Assembly: GCA_963678065.2 (NCBI GenBank)
Contig: CAXXVZ010000004.1
Location: forward strand, 192,001 to 256,000
Direction: 5' to 3'
Length of the DNA: 64,000 nt
Source of the DNA: Treponemataceae bacterium
GTDB taxonomy: Bacteria; Spirochaetota; Spirochaetia; Treponematales; Rectinemataceae
The position numbers were made by a program, and so were the translations under genes. The notes beneath the pieces are model-generated. The model was given only the letters and a program-made list of their open reading frames with translations. It had not been told where the DNA came from and made no database searches. Positions 29,037 to 38,925 of this stretch are shown piece by piece. Numbering within the stretch: position 1 is the first letter of the stretch; each line of letters opens with the position of its first letter.

Positions 29037-30086
29037 TCAGCTTACGGTGTGCAGGCCGGCCTTGCGGTCATTGTACTGCTTCTCGATCCAGGCGTAGGTT
29101 CTGGCGAGTCCCGTCCTGAAGGAGGTCGAGGGTTCCCAGCCGAGAACGCTCACGATGAAGCTGTTGTCGCTGTTGCGGCCGGCCACGCCCTTGGGGGCGT
29201 CGAGCTTGTAGCTCCGGCCGAGCTTCACGCCGCCGATCTGTTCGGCGATGGTCACGAGCTCATTGATCTCGATGAGTTCGGATGATCCAAGGTTGACGGG
29301 CGTCGCGACGAGTTCGTCGCAGTGGGTGATCCTGTCGATGCCGTTGGTGCAATCGTCGATGTACATGAAGCTGCGGGTCTGGGTTCCGTCGCCCCAGATG
29401 TCGATCGCGCCGGACTTGGAGTCCTTCGCCTCGATGACTTTACGCGCGATCGCCGCGGGGGCCTTCTCGCGCCCGCCGTCCCAGGTGCCGTAAGGTCCGT
29501 AGACGTTGTGGAAGCGGGCGATGAAGGTCGCCATGCCGCGCTCGGCCCAGTATTCCTGGCAGAACATCTCGGATACGAGCTTCTCCCAGCCGTAGCCGCG
29601 CTCGGCCATGGCGGGATAGGCGTCGGACTCCTTCAGAGCGCGGACGTGGGGATCCTGCTGGAGGTCGGTGTTGTAGGCGCAGGCCGAGGAGGCGTAGAAG
29701 TAGCGGCGGGCTCCGGCGCGGTACGCGGACTCGACCATGTGGGTGTTGATGAGGATGGAGCGGAGGCACTCGACACGGTGAGTCTCGATGAAGCCCATTC
29801 CGCCCATGTCGGCGGCGAGGTTGTACACTTCGAAGGCGCCCTCGCAGGCGCGGCGGCAGTTCATCTCCTCGGAGAGGTCGAGGCAGAGGCTCTCGACGCC
29901 AGGCGTGACGCGGTACCATTCGTGGAGGGGCTTCTTGTCGATGGCCCTGATTCTGGTGAAGCCCTTGTCCCGGAAATAGGCGACGAGATTTCCGGCTATG
30001 AATCCGCCGGCTCCGGCGATGACGAGAAGATCATCCTTCCCTGCGGAAGGGATGGGTGTGCTGGCTTTGGGGAAACTGTATTCCAT
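29037..30086 (-). CDS. GDP-mannose 3,5-epimerase-like NAD-dependent epimerase
   Basis: GAGGFIA, NLAADMGGMGFI, YASSAC, YGWEK, RFHNVYGP.GTW.GGREKAPAA, RSFMYIDDC, GRNSDN match plant GME signature segments; GGAGG before ATG. Confidence 0.85.
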   Translation of the reverse strand: MEYSFPKASTPIPSAGKDDLLVIAGAGGFIAGNLVAYFRDKGFTRIRAIDKKPLHEWYRVTPGVESLCLDLSEEMNCRRACEGAFEVYNLAADMGGMGFIETHRVECLRSILINTHMVESAYRAGARRYFYASSACAYNTDLQQDPHVRALKESDAYPAMAERGYGWEKLVSEMFCQEYWAERGMATFIARFHNVYGPYGTWDGGREKAPAAIARKVIEAKDSKSGAIDIWGDGTQTRSFMYIDDCTNGIDRITHCDELVATPVNLGSSELIEINELVTIAEQIGGVKLGRSYKLDAPKGVAGRNSDNSFIVSVLGWEPSTSFRTGLARTYAWIEKQYNDRKAGLHTVS

Positions 30087-30143
30087 GTGATTCCTCCTGA
30101 TGATCCTGAGAGTACGTCCTTTTCTCGCTTCACACAATGCTCT

Positions 30144-30171
30144 TTTTGCGTATAATAAATACCGTTTTGCG
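30144..30171. promoter_or_regulatory. Candidate XylR/AraC binding site
   Basis: TTTTGCG direct repeat with 21-bp period between the divergent epimerase and regulator genes. Confidence 0.55.
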
Positions 30172-30239
30172 CAAAGAGAGCTGCCCGGGAGACACATCCC
30201 GGAATGCCCGGGCGCATCCCGGACACAGGAGGTCGCTAC

Positions 30240-31439
30240 GTGAGGCGGATAGCGCTGTGCATGGAGCTCGACGACTTTTACGATCACGGCATAGCCCGCG
30301 GGCTCGTGCGATACGCCAAGTCCCGGCCCGACTGGAGACTTTACGGCTACGGGTGGATGTTCCGTCCCCTCGAAGATCTCGGGTCCTGGCAGGGAGAGGG
30401 CATCATAGCGCGAGTGGAAGGCCCAAAGGACGCGGACAGACTGGCGGCGCTCGGGTTGCCGGTCGTCGACGTGGCCGGAGCCTACTCCAGGCCCGGATTC
30501 CGTCACGTCACGAACGACGATTTCCTTACGGGCTACAAGGCGGCGGTCTCCCTCAGATCCCGCGGCTTCACCCACTTCGCCTATGTCGGCGTGGCGGAGG
30601 TCGCGTGGTCAGCCGAGCGGAAGGCGGGCTTTTTCGCCGCGCTCGCGCGGGCCAGAGGACAAATCCCGCGGCATCCGGCCCAGGATCGCCCGGTTCCCGT
30701 CTACGAGCGGAGCCTCGTCTGGTGGGAGGGTCGCGGCAGGCAGGATCTATTTATGGAAGAAAATCGCGAACTGGCCAGATTTCTCAGCGCTATCGAGAAA
30801 CCGGCAGCCCTGTTCGCCTGCAACGACACGGCGGGGCTCAGGGTGACGGAGCTCTGCAGGCGGCTCGGAATCCCTGTCCCGGAAGATCTCGCTATACTCG
30901 GCGTGGACAACGAGGATATCCTCTGTGAGCTCTCCTTTCCTTCGCTCTCGAGCATCATGCTCGACTGCGAGAGCATCGGCTACCGCGCGGGGCAGCTAGT
31001 CGACACAATCCTCGATGGGTCGGGGCCACCGGAAGGAGCGCGGATAACCGTCCCGCCGCGGGAAGTGGCGGAGCGCGAATCGACGCTCGTGATCGCCTGT
31101 TCCGATCCTCTCGTGGCCCGCGCGGCGACCTACATCAGAGCCCACGCGCACGAGGGCATTTCGGTCGCCGACATCGTGTCCGTGGCAGGATGCTCCCGCC
31201 GAAGCATCGAAACACGGTTCAGGCGGGCCATGGGGCACAGTCTTCACGACGAAATTCTGCGATCCCGGCTGGCCGCCGCCAAGCGGACGCTGGCATCCTC
31301 GAGCCTGCCGCTCGACCAGGTGGCGGAGCGCTGCGGGTTCGGCTCACTCCAGCGCTTTCACACGGCATTCCGCGAACTGGAAGGCTGCACGCCCGGGCAG
31401 TGGCGCCGGCGCGGGGCGAAGGCCGTCCATATGTTTTAA
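30240..31439 (+). CDS. XylR-type regulator (LacI-like sugar-binding domain plus AraC HTH)
   Basis: GTG after AGGAGG; GIIAR, FACND, VPEDLAILGVDN, LSSI, ERES; C-terminal AraC double HTH. Confidence 0.9.
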   Translation: MRRIALCMELDDFYDHGIARGLVRYAKSRPDWRLYGYGWMFRPLEDLGSWQGEGIIARVEGPKDADRLAALGLPVVDVAGAYSRPGFRHVTNDDFLTGYKAAVSLRSRGFTHFAYVGVAEVAWSAERKAGFFAALARARGQIPRHPAQDRPVPVYERSLVWWEGRGRQDLFMEENRELARFLSAIEKPAALFACNDTAGLRVTELCRRLGIPVPEDLAILGVDNEDILCELSFPSLSSIMLDCESIGYRAGQLVDTILDGSGPPEGARITVPPREVAERESTLVIACSDPLVARAATYIRAHAHEGISVADIVSVAGCSRRSIETRFRRAMGHSLHDEILRSRLAAAKRTLASSSLPLDQVAERCGFGSLQRFHTAFRELEGCTPGQWRRRGAKAVHMF

Positions 31440-31454
31440 TGGAGGATACATACG

Positions 31455-31973
31455 ATGCAAGATTTTTTCGGAACGGTCATGCGGCGCTCGAGCGTGCGGG
31501 CTTTTTCAGGCGAGGCCGTGGGCGAGGCCGAGTGGGACGCGCTTCTCAGGGCGGCTATGGCCGCGCCCTCAGCGGTCAACTGCCAGCCATGGGAGTTCAT
31601 CGTCGTCACCGATCGGGAGAAACTGAAAGCCCTGGCCGAAGCCCTTCCCTACGCGAAGATGGCGGCATCCGCGGCGGGAGCCCTGGTGGCCTGCGCGGTT
31701 CCGGCACGGGCATTCGGCGGCTCGAAGGAGCTGGCCATCATCGACACTTCGCTTGCCTGCGAAAACTTTCTCCTCGCCGCCGAGGCCAGCGGGCTCGGGG
31801 CCGTCTGGACAGCGCTATTCCCCGAGGCAGCGAGGGAAAAAGCGGTGCACAGGCTTCTGGGGATTCCTGAGGGGGTCATAGCCCTCGCCCTCATTCCCCT
31901 GGGGCACCCGGCCGGGAAACAGACTCCGAAGGACAAGTACCGAAAGGAATTCATCCACCGCGAGCACTGGTAA
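31455..31973 (+). CDS. Nitroreductase family flavoprotein
   Basis: RRSSVRAF, AAPSAVN.QPWEF, GLGAVW, GHP. Confidence 0.9.
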   Translation: MQDFFGTVMRRSSVRAFSGEAVGEAEWDALLRAAMAAPSAVNCQPWEFIVVTDREKLKALAEALPYAKMAASAAGALVACAVPARAFGGSKELAIIDTSLACENFLLAAEASGLGAVWTALFPEAAREKAVHRLLGIPEGVIALALIPLGHPAGKQTPKDKYRKEFIHREHW

Positions 31974-32057
31974 CCGGGCGCTGCCGTCCGGCGGGGAAAG
32001 CCGGTTCGTCCCGACACCCCCGCCCGGGCGGGGTGTGCCGCCCCGCCGCCGTCACAC

Positions 32058-33743
32058 TCACTTGCCCGTGAGGATGAATTCGACCCGACGGTTCTTCTGG
32101 CGCAGGGCCGCGTTCTTCGGATCGTAGAGGGGAATCGACGATCCCATGCCCCTGGCAGTCATCCGCTTGGGATCGATGCCGTTCACGGAGAGGAGAATGC
32201 GCACGAATTCCGCGCGCGCCGTCGAGAGGGGGATAACCTCATTCTTCTCCTCCGCCGCGATGCGGGCGGCGGAATAGCCCGACATCTTGCCCACATTGTT
32301 GCCGTGCCCTTCGATCAGTATCGAGAAGGAAGGATATTTCTCGAGAATTGCCGCGATCCGGGAAATTATGCGAGTGTTGGCCGCGAGCCCTTCAGGATTC
32401 AGTCCCATGAAGTCGGCGCGGTCAGACCTGAATACAATGGATGGCACCTTGATCCTCAGCCGGCCGGCCTCCCGCACGACGAGGATATCTACGGGCAGAA
32501 GCCCCGAAAGTCCCGCTTCCCTGCCGAAGGAATCCTTGACCGCGAATACCCAGGCATAGTCGGTCGCGGATTCGACGAGGCGCCCCGAAGTATCCTTTCC
32601 ATCCCAGGTGATCGAATAAGGCGGAGCGCCGATGCCTTTCCACTCCTTGAAAGGTTTGCCCGTTTTCTGAACCGTCGATTCACCGCCGCCTGCGGAGAGT
32701 ACCCCCGAGTCCTCGTAGACGGAGAGGCGCCATTCCGAGATCCGCGAGGGATCGGAGACCTTGGGCGTGAAGACGGCGCGGTCGTTGACACCATCGGAGT
32801 CGGGACTGAAGGGCATGGGACTCAGCGCCATCTCGATGGTGACTGGATCGAGCCGGGGAGGAACGTCCGCGACGGGAGGATTCGATGCGGCCGCTGCAGA
32901 TGGCTCCGGCTGCTCTGAGGGCGCCGCCGGGGCCGGGGGGGGTGCCACCGCTGCCGGCGAAGCGGAAAGAGTCGCCACAGCCTGGTTCGGCGCGGGAACC
33001 GTGGTCGTATTCCTCGAGACATTGGCGGCCTTGCCGGGAACAAGCGGCGAGGCAGGAATTATCGTGGTTGTGGAGTCTGCGCCCGAGGGCGGAAGGACGT
33101 AGAACATTCCGTCGAGATACGGTTGGGCCGAAGTCCCTGCCAGCGGAGCGGGCCCGGAAGGTAGGGGCGAGAGATCCGGCAGGACAGGATCGGGGTACAC
33201 GGGTTTCGGAGCGGAAGGCACAGGCGCAAGGAGCGTCGTAGTTGTTGTGGCCGGGAGCGCCGCGGCGGCCACGGGCGAAGGAAGCGTGGTCGTCGTTGTG
33301 GTTGTGGTTGAGGTCGTCGCTGTCGGAGCGATTGCCGTAGCCGCCGCGGGGAGAACAGGGACAGGAGCGGGGGCGGCCTCCGGAGTCGCCACGGTGGCGG
33401 GAGCGGGGGAAGCCTGTACGATGACGGGCCCCGTCGGCGTGGAAACCGGCGGCGCGACGGTCGTGGTCGTCGTGACGGCGACAGGAGGGCTGACTGGCTG
33501 GGGCTCTGTCGCTGGGGTGACAGCCGGAGTCGGAGCGGCTGCCACTGTTTCGGCGACGGTCTTGGCTGGAAGGTTTTCTGCAGGAAGAGCGGCGGATACG
33601 GCGGGAGAGACACCGGGTGGAAGCTCGGTGACGCGCACATCCTCGACCACATTTTCCACTTCGTCCGGGGAACACACGCATGAGGCTGCCAGAGCCGCGG
33701 CGAATGAGAGGATGATGAACCGTAATCCGGCCTTCCTGATCAT
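32058..33743 (-). CDS. OmpA-family lipoprotein with long Pro/Thr/Ala-rich stalk and FlgD-Ig-like domain
   Basis: Lipobox-like LAASC; FSPDSDGVND, WDGKD; IEGH, LSTARA, NRRVEF. Confidence 0.82.
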   Translation of the reverse strand: MIRKAGLRFIILSFAAALAASCVCSPDEVENVVEDVRVTELPPGVSPAVSAALPAENLPAKTVAETVAAAPTPAVTPATEPQPVSPPVAVTTTTTVAPPVSTPTGPVIVQASPAPATVATPEAAPAPVPVLPAAATAIAPTATTSTTTTTTTTLPSPVAAAALPATTTTTLLAPVPSAPKPVYPDPVLPDLSPLPSGPAPLAGTSAQPYLDGMFYVLPPSGADSTTTIIPASPLVPGKAANVSRNTTTVPAPNQAVATLSASPAAVAPPPAPAAPSEQPEPSAAAASNPPVADVPPRLDPVTIEMALSPMPFSPDSDGVNDRAVFTPKVSDPSRISEWRLSVYEDSGVLSAGGGESTVQKTGKPFKEWKGIGAPPYSITWDGKDTSGRLVESATDYAWVFAVKDSFGREAGLSGLLPVDILVVREAGRLRIKVPSIVFRSDRADFMGLNPEGLAANTRIISRIAAILEKYPSFSILIEGHGNNVGKMSGYSAARIAAEEKNEVIPLSTARAEFVRILLSVNGIDPKRMTARGMGSSIPLYDPKNAALRQKNRRVEFILTGK

Positions 33744-33968
33744 GTTTTTCCTCCAGGGTTTCCGGCCCCGACATCCACGGCGCCACCGGGCTGCGCCGGG
33801 CATGGGCTGTCCTTATCTGCAAAACCCCATCACCTCATATTATCGGCCGGAAAGCCCCGCGATCAAGGAAGGATGCGGTCAGGAAGACGGAAAAGCGCGG
33901 GAAAAGGCAAATTGACATCGCTTGTGCATCTGCGCGCCATCAAGTAGGATTGCTAAGGGAGAGACGAC

Positions 33969-35303
33969 ATGAGAACCACGTATGACTTTACGGTCCGGAC
34001 TCTGGGAGAATGCAAAATTCCCTCCCCCATCAAATTGTCGAGAACCCAGAACGACAGCATCGCGAATTATGTCGGGGACGACGAGCATATCCTCTACGAC
34101 ATTCTCGTCGATCCGGAGGATCCCCGCTCCAACAAGGAGTTCGGCATCATCCAGAATGCCGGTCCGAGGGAGAAGATATATTTCAATCCGCGCCATGTCC
34201 ACGCGGGCGTATTCACCTGCGGCGGCCTCTGCCCGGGCCTCAACGACGTCATACGAGCCCTCGTGCGGGCCCTGTGGAACCGCTATGGGGTCATGCGGAT
34301 AACGGGCGTCCGCTGGGGCTACCACGGCTTCCTCGGCGACGTCCCCGGAGATCCCCTCATGGAGCTCGACCCCGACGTCGTGGACGACATCCACCGATCC
34401 GGCGGCTCCCTCCTCGGCAGCTCGCGGGGAGGAGGAGAACGCACCGAAGAGATCGTCGACGCGATCGAGCGGCTCAACATGAACATGCTCTTCGTCATCG
34501 GCGGCGACGGCAGCCAGAAAGGGGCACTGTGCATCTGCGAAGAAGTGGAAAAGCGCGGCCTCAAGATAGCCGTCATCGGAATACCCAAGACGGTGGACAA
34601 CGATCTTTCCTTCATCGACAAGTCATTCGGCTTCGAGACCGCCGTAGGCAAGGCAGTGGAGGCGGTGACAGCCGCCCACCAGGAAGCCCACTCGGCCATC
34701 AACGGCATCGGACTCGTCAAGGTCATGGGCCGCGACTCCGGCTTCATCGCCGCCTGCACCGCCCTCGCGAGCCACGACGTCAATTTCGTCATCGTGCCCG
34801 AGGTTCCCTTCGAGCTGGAAGGGCCGAACGGGCTCTTCGTCCACCTCACGAAGCGCCTTTCCGAACGGAACCACGCCGTCATCGTCGTCGCCGAGGGCGC
34901 CGGCCAGGATCTCTTCGCCTCCGAGTCCCTCGGCACCGACGAATCGGGCAACCCCAGGCTCGGGGACATCGGGCTCTACCTGAAACAGCAGATACCCGCC
35001 CACTTCAAGGAAGCGGGCATCCCCATCAACCTCAAGTACATCGATCCGAGCTACATCATACGGAGCGCCGTCGCCGACCCGATCGACAGTTTCTACTGCA
35101 CGCGCCTCGCGACGAACGCCGTCCACGCGGCGATGGCAGGCAAGACACGCATGCTCATAAGCGAGCTGCACAACACCTTCGTCCACATCCCCATCGACGT
35201 CGCAGTCTCGACCCGCAATGTCGTTAACCCCGAGAGTTCGCTCTGGCTCGACGTGATCCAGGCCACGAACATGCCTGTCCGCATGACCAATTCATCGCCC
35301 TGA
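33969..35303 (+). CDS. pfkA: ATP-dependent 6-phosphofructokinase (spirochaete/kinetoplastid-like clade)
   Basis: [15 protein letters not shown] (Gly = ATP type), PKTVDND, MGRDSG, KYIDPSY. Confidence 0.92.
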   Translation: MRTTYDFTVRTLGECKIPSPIKLSRTQNDSIANYVGDDEHILYDILVDPEDPRSNKEFGIIQNAGPREKIYFNPRHVHAGVFTCGGLCPGLNDVIRALVRALWNRYGVMRITGVRWGYHGFLGDVPGDPLMELDPDVVDDIHRSGGSLLGSSRGGGERTEEIVDAIERLNMNMLFVIGGDGSQKGALCICEEVEKRGLKIAVIGIPKTVDNDLSFIDKSFGFETAVGKAVEAVTAAHQEAHSAINGIGLVKVMGRDSGFIAACTALASHDVNFVIVPEVPFELEGPNGLFVHLTKRLSERNHAVIVVAEGAGQDLFASESLGTDESGNPRLGDIGLYLKQQIPAHFKEAGIPINLKYIDPSYIIRSAVADPIDSFYCTRLATNAVHAAMAGKTRMLISELHNTFVHIPIDVAVSTRNVVNPESSLWLDVIQATNMPVRMTNSSP

Positions 35304-35537
35304 TTCCCTGACCGGGAATGCTTTCGTCTGCCGCCCCGGAATGCCGCTGAAGGCCCAGCTGATCGATCTCAAATCGTTTTGTATTTTTATACATAGTTTC
35401 ATTTATTGAAACATCTTCAAAATATCGATACTTTCGCCGTAAATAATGACAAAAACATACTTGAGTGTCAGACACCCAATCAAGTACACTCCGGGAAAGT
35501 GCATATTGATGCAGTTCAGGATCGAGGGAGGCGGAAC

Positions 35538-37586
35538 ATGGGCAGAAGTCTGACGCGCAAGCTGATCGAGTCGCACCTGGTATCGGGAAGCTGGCGGCCC
35601 GGGGAAGAAATCGGCATCCGCATCGACCAGACTCTCACTCAGGATGCCACGGGAACCATGGCCTACCTGCAGTTCGAGACCATGGGCGTATCCCGCGTGC
35701 GCACCGATCTCTCGGTCAGCTACATCGACCACAATACGATGCAGATCGGCTTCGAGAACGCCGACGACCACCGCTATCTGACCGGAATCGCGGCCAAATA
35801 CGGCATATACCTCTCCCGGGCCGGCAACGGCATCTGCCATCAGGTCCACCTCGAGCGATTCGGGAAACCCGGGGCGACCCTCCTCGGTTCGGACAGCCAC
35901 ACCCCTACGGGCGGCGCCCTCGGCATGATAGCGATCGGAGCGGGCGGACTCGACGTCGCCCTCGCCATGGCGGGCAAGGCCTTCTACCTGACCTGTCCTA
36001 AGGTCATCGGCATCAGGCTCTCCGGAAAGCTGCCTGCATGGTCCTCCGCCAAGGATGTCGCGCTCAAAATGCTCGAGATTTTCGGGACCAAGGGCAATGT
36101 GGGCCGCGTCTTCGAGTACTTCGGCGAAGGGGTCGCCACACTTTCCGTTCCCGAACGCTCCACCATCGCGAACATGGGCGCCGAGTGCGGCGTCACGACC
36201 TCGGTCTTTCCGGCCGACGCCGCGACGGCGGTCTTCCTCGGCTCGCGTTCCCGGGGCGCGGACTGGGCGGCGATGGAGGCAGAGGCAGAGGCCGACTACG
36301 AAAGGGTTGTCGAGCTCGACCTCTCCGCCGTTGAACCGGCCGTCGCCCTGCCGCATTCTCCGGGAAATGTCGCGACGGTCAGGTCGAAAGCCGGGACAAA
36401 GGTCGACCAGGTCTGCATCGGCTCCTGCACGAACTCCTCGTACAAGGATCTCGCGACAGTGGCCGAGATGCTGCGCGGAAAGGTCGTCCACCCCCAGGTC
36501 AGCTTTGTCGTGACCCCGGGATCGAGACAGGTTCTCCGGAACATCGCCGCGGACGGCTACCTCGAAGCCCTCGTCGCCGCCGGAGCGAGACTCGTCGAAC
36601 CGAGCTGTGGCTTCTGCATCGGCAACGGCCAGTCCCCCGCGAGCGGAGCGGTGTCGCTCAGGACATCGAACCGCAACTTCGAGGCCCGTTCGGGAACGGC
36701 TGACGCGGGCGTCTTCCTCGTCAGCCCGGAAACAGCCGCGGCCGCCGTCATCACGGGGCGGATCACCGACCCGCGCGATCTCGGCGTCGATCCCCCCGCG
36801 ATACGGGAACCGGAAAAATTCACGGTCGACGATGACATGATCATTCCTCCCGCGGCTGAGGCCGATGCCGCGTCGGTGGCGATTCCGCGCGGGCCGAACA
36901 TCGGCGAGCCGCCCGTCGCCGAGCCTCTGCCGGATTCGCTCACTCTGACCGTGGCCATCAAAGCGGGGGACAAGATCACCACCGACCACATCATTCCGGC
37001 CGGCGCGCGCATGAAGTACCGCAGCAACATCGCGGCCTATTCCCGCTATGTCTTCGAAAACCTCGATCCGGCCTTCGCGTCCCGCGCCCTCGCACTGCGC
37101 GAGGCGGGGAAAAACAGCGCCATCGTGGCGGGTCTCTCCTACGGCCAGGGGTCCTCTCGGGAGCACGCGGCTATCTGCCCGGCCTTCCTCGGCGTCAGGG
37201 CCATCCTCGCGCGCTCCTTCGAGAGAATCCACGCCGCCAATCTCGTCAACTTCGGCATCCTGCCTCTCGTCTTCAAGGATGAATCCGACTACAGGGACCT
37301 CGCCGCGGGCGATGTTCTCGAGATCACGGAGATTCACCGGCTTCTGGCGGCGGGCAAGCCCCTCGTGGTCCGCAACAGGACGAAAGGCGGCCGTTTCGAA
37401 GTCAGCTATGACCTGAGCGAACGGCAGAAGGCCATCGTGCTCTCTGGCGGAGTGCTTGCTTCGGCGAGTGTGGCGCCAGAGAACTCCGGGGGCGTGCTTG
37501 CTTCGGCGAGCAAGACTCCGGAGAACCCGGCCGGCCTGCCCGCGAAGGCGGACGGCGGGTCGACAACAGAGGAAGGAAAATCATGA
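35538..37586 (+). CDS. acnA: Aconitate hydratase
   Basis: QDATGT, DH, GICH, DSHT, GSCTN, CGFCIG, NRNF, TTDHI, GSSREHA; GGGAGG before ATG 35538. Confidence 0.92.
   Translation: MGRSLTRKLIESHLVSGSWRPGEEIGIRIDQTLTQDATGTMAYLQFETMGVSRVRTDLSVSYIDHNTMQIGFENADDHRYLTGIAAKYGIYLSRAGNGICHQVHLERFGKPGATLLGSDSHTPTGGALGMIAIGAGGLDVALAMAGKAFYLTCPKVIGIRLSGKLPAWSSAKDVALKMLEIFGTKGNVGRVFEYFGEGVATLSVPERSTIANMGAECGVTTSVFPADAATAVFLGSRSRGADWAAMEAEAEADYERVVELDLSAVEPAVALPHSPGNVATVRSKAGTKVDQVCIGSCTNSSYKDLATVAEMLRGKVVHPQVSFVVTPGSRQVLRNIAADGYLEALVAAGARLVEPSCGFCIGNGQSPASGAVSLRTSNRNFEARSGTADAGVFLVSPETAAAAVITGRITDPRDLGVDPPAIREPEKFTVDDDMIIPPAAEADAASVAIPRGPNIGEPPVAEPLPDSLTLTVAIKAGDKITTDHIIPAGARMKYRSNIAAYSRYVFENLDPAFASRALALREAGKNSAIVAGLSYGQGSSREHAAICPAFLGVRAILARSFERIHAANLVNFGILPLVFKDESDYRDLAAGDVLEITEIHRLLAAGKPLVVRNRTKGGRFEVSYDLSERQKAIVLSGGVLASASVAPENSGGVLASASKTPENPAGLPAKADGGSTTEEGKS
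37446..37529 (+). repeat. 42-bp imperfect tandem duplication extending the aconitase C-terminus
   Basis: [14 protein letters not shown] / [14 protein letters not shown]; gtgcttgcttcggcgag identical in both copies. Confidence 0.85.
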
Positions 37587-38914
37587 AAATAGCGGTAAAA
37601 AACCCTCTCGTGGAGATGGACGGCGACGAGATGACCAGGGTCATCTGGGCGGCGATCAAGGACAAGCTCATCCTTCCTTACCTCGACATACAGCTCGAGT
37701 ACTACGATCTCGGCGTCACCCACCGCGACGCGACGGAGGACAGCGTCACCGTCCAGGCGGCCGAGGCTATCAGACGTCTCGGCGTCGGGGTCAAGTGCGC
37801 GACCATCACGCCGGACGCCCAGAGGATAGGCGAATACAACCTCAAGAAGGCCTGGCCCTCGCCGAACGGGACAATACGGGGAATCCTGGACGGGACCGTA
37901 TTCCGCAAGCCCATCACCGTGAAGACGGTGGCGCCGGCGGTGCGCAGCTGGGTCAAGCCCATCGTCATCGGACGCCACGCCTACGGCGATATCTACAAGG
38001 CGGCGGACTTCGTCGTCCCCGGTCCCGGACTTGTCGAGCTGGTGTATACACCCGAGGCCGCGTCGTCGCAGCCTGGCTCGGGGACGCCGTCCACAGCCGC
38101 CGAAACATCCGCGTCTTCCGCTGGTCCCGGCGCCGCCGCGACGAGGATGGTTGTGCACAAATTCAAGGGTCCCGGCGTCGTCATGGGCATGCACAACACA
38201 GATGATTCCATCCGGTCCTTCGCGCGGGCATGCATCCGCTACGCCGTCTCCGAGAAGACGGAGCTCTGGTTCGGCGCAAAGGATACGATCTCGAAGCGCT
38301 ACCACGCGCGCTTCAAGGACATCTTCGCCGAGGAAGCCGGGGCGAGCGCGGCGGCCCTGGAAGCAGCGGGCATCTCCTACCGCTACATGCTCATCGACGA
38401 CGCGGTGGCGCAGATCATGAAGCACCCGGGCGGCATTCTCTGGGCATGTATGAACTACGACGGCGACGTCATGTCAGACATGGTGGCCGCGGGCTTCGGC
38501 AGCCTCGGCATGATGACATCCGTACTCGTCTCGCCCGAGGGGCATTACGAGTACGAGGCCGCCCACGGCACAGTCCGCCGTCACTACTACGAGCACCTCA
38601 AGGGAAAGGCGACGAGCACGAATCCCGTCGCCTCGATCTTCGCCTGGACCGGCGCGATCGGCAAGCGGGGGGAACTCGACGGCACTCCGGAAGTGAGCGC
38701 CTTCGCCAGGACCCTCGAGAGAGCCGTCATCGAGACGATCGAGGCAGGGACGGTGACGAAGGACCTCTTCCTCCTCGCCGAGCCGAGGGCGGCCGGATTC
38801 GCGACGACGACGGAGTTTCTCGATGCGGTAGCGTCGCGCCTCGATGCCGCCGTGTCGAGAACCTCGGCGACGATCGCCTCCGCCGGGGTCCCGCCCGCGG
38901 GCCTGGGCTCCTGA
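37583..38914 (+). CDS. icd: NADP-dependent isocitrate dehydrogenase (IDH1-like homodimeric type)
   Basis: [48 protein letters not shown]. Confidence 0.95.
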   Translation: MKIAVKNPLVEMDGDEMTRVIWAAIKDKLILPYLDIQLEYYDLGVTHRDATEDSVTVQAAEAIRRLGVGVKCATITPDAQRIGEYNLKKAWPSPNGTIRGILDGTVFRKPITVKTVAPAVRSWVKPIVIGRHAYGDIYKAADFVVPGPGLVELVYTPEAASSQPGSGTPSTAAETSASSAGPGAAATRMVVHKFKGPGVVMGMHNTDDSIRSFARACIRYAVSEKTELWFGAKDTISKRYHARFKDIFAEEAGASAAALEAAGISYRYMLIDDAVAQIMKHPGGILWACMNYDGDVMSDMVAAGFGSLGMMTSVLVSPEGHYEYEAAHGTVRRHYYEHLKGKATSTNPVASIFAWTGAIGKRGELDGTPEVSAFARTLERAVIETIEAGTVTKDLFLLAEPRAAGFATTTEFLDAVASRLDAAVSRTSATIASAGVPPAGLGS

Positions 38915-38925
38915 AGGCGAAGCCC

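Noticed and set aside
31975..32056. GC-rich palindrome between nitroreductase and ompA as a mobile repeat
   Set aside because: No second copy noticed in the window; most simply a terminator-like hairpin between convergent genes.
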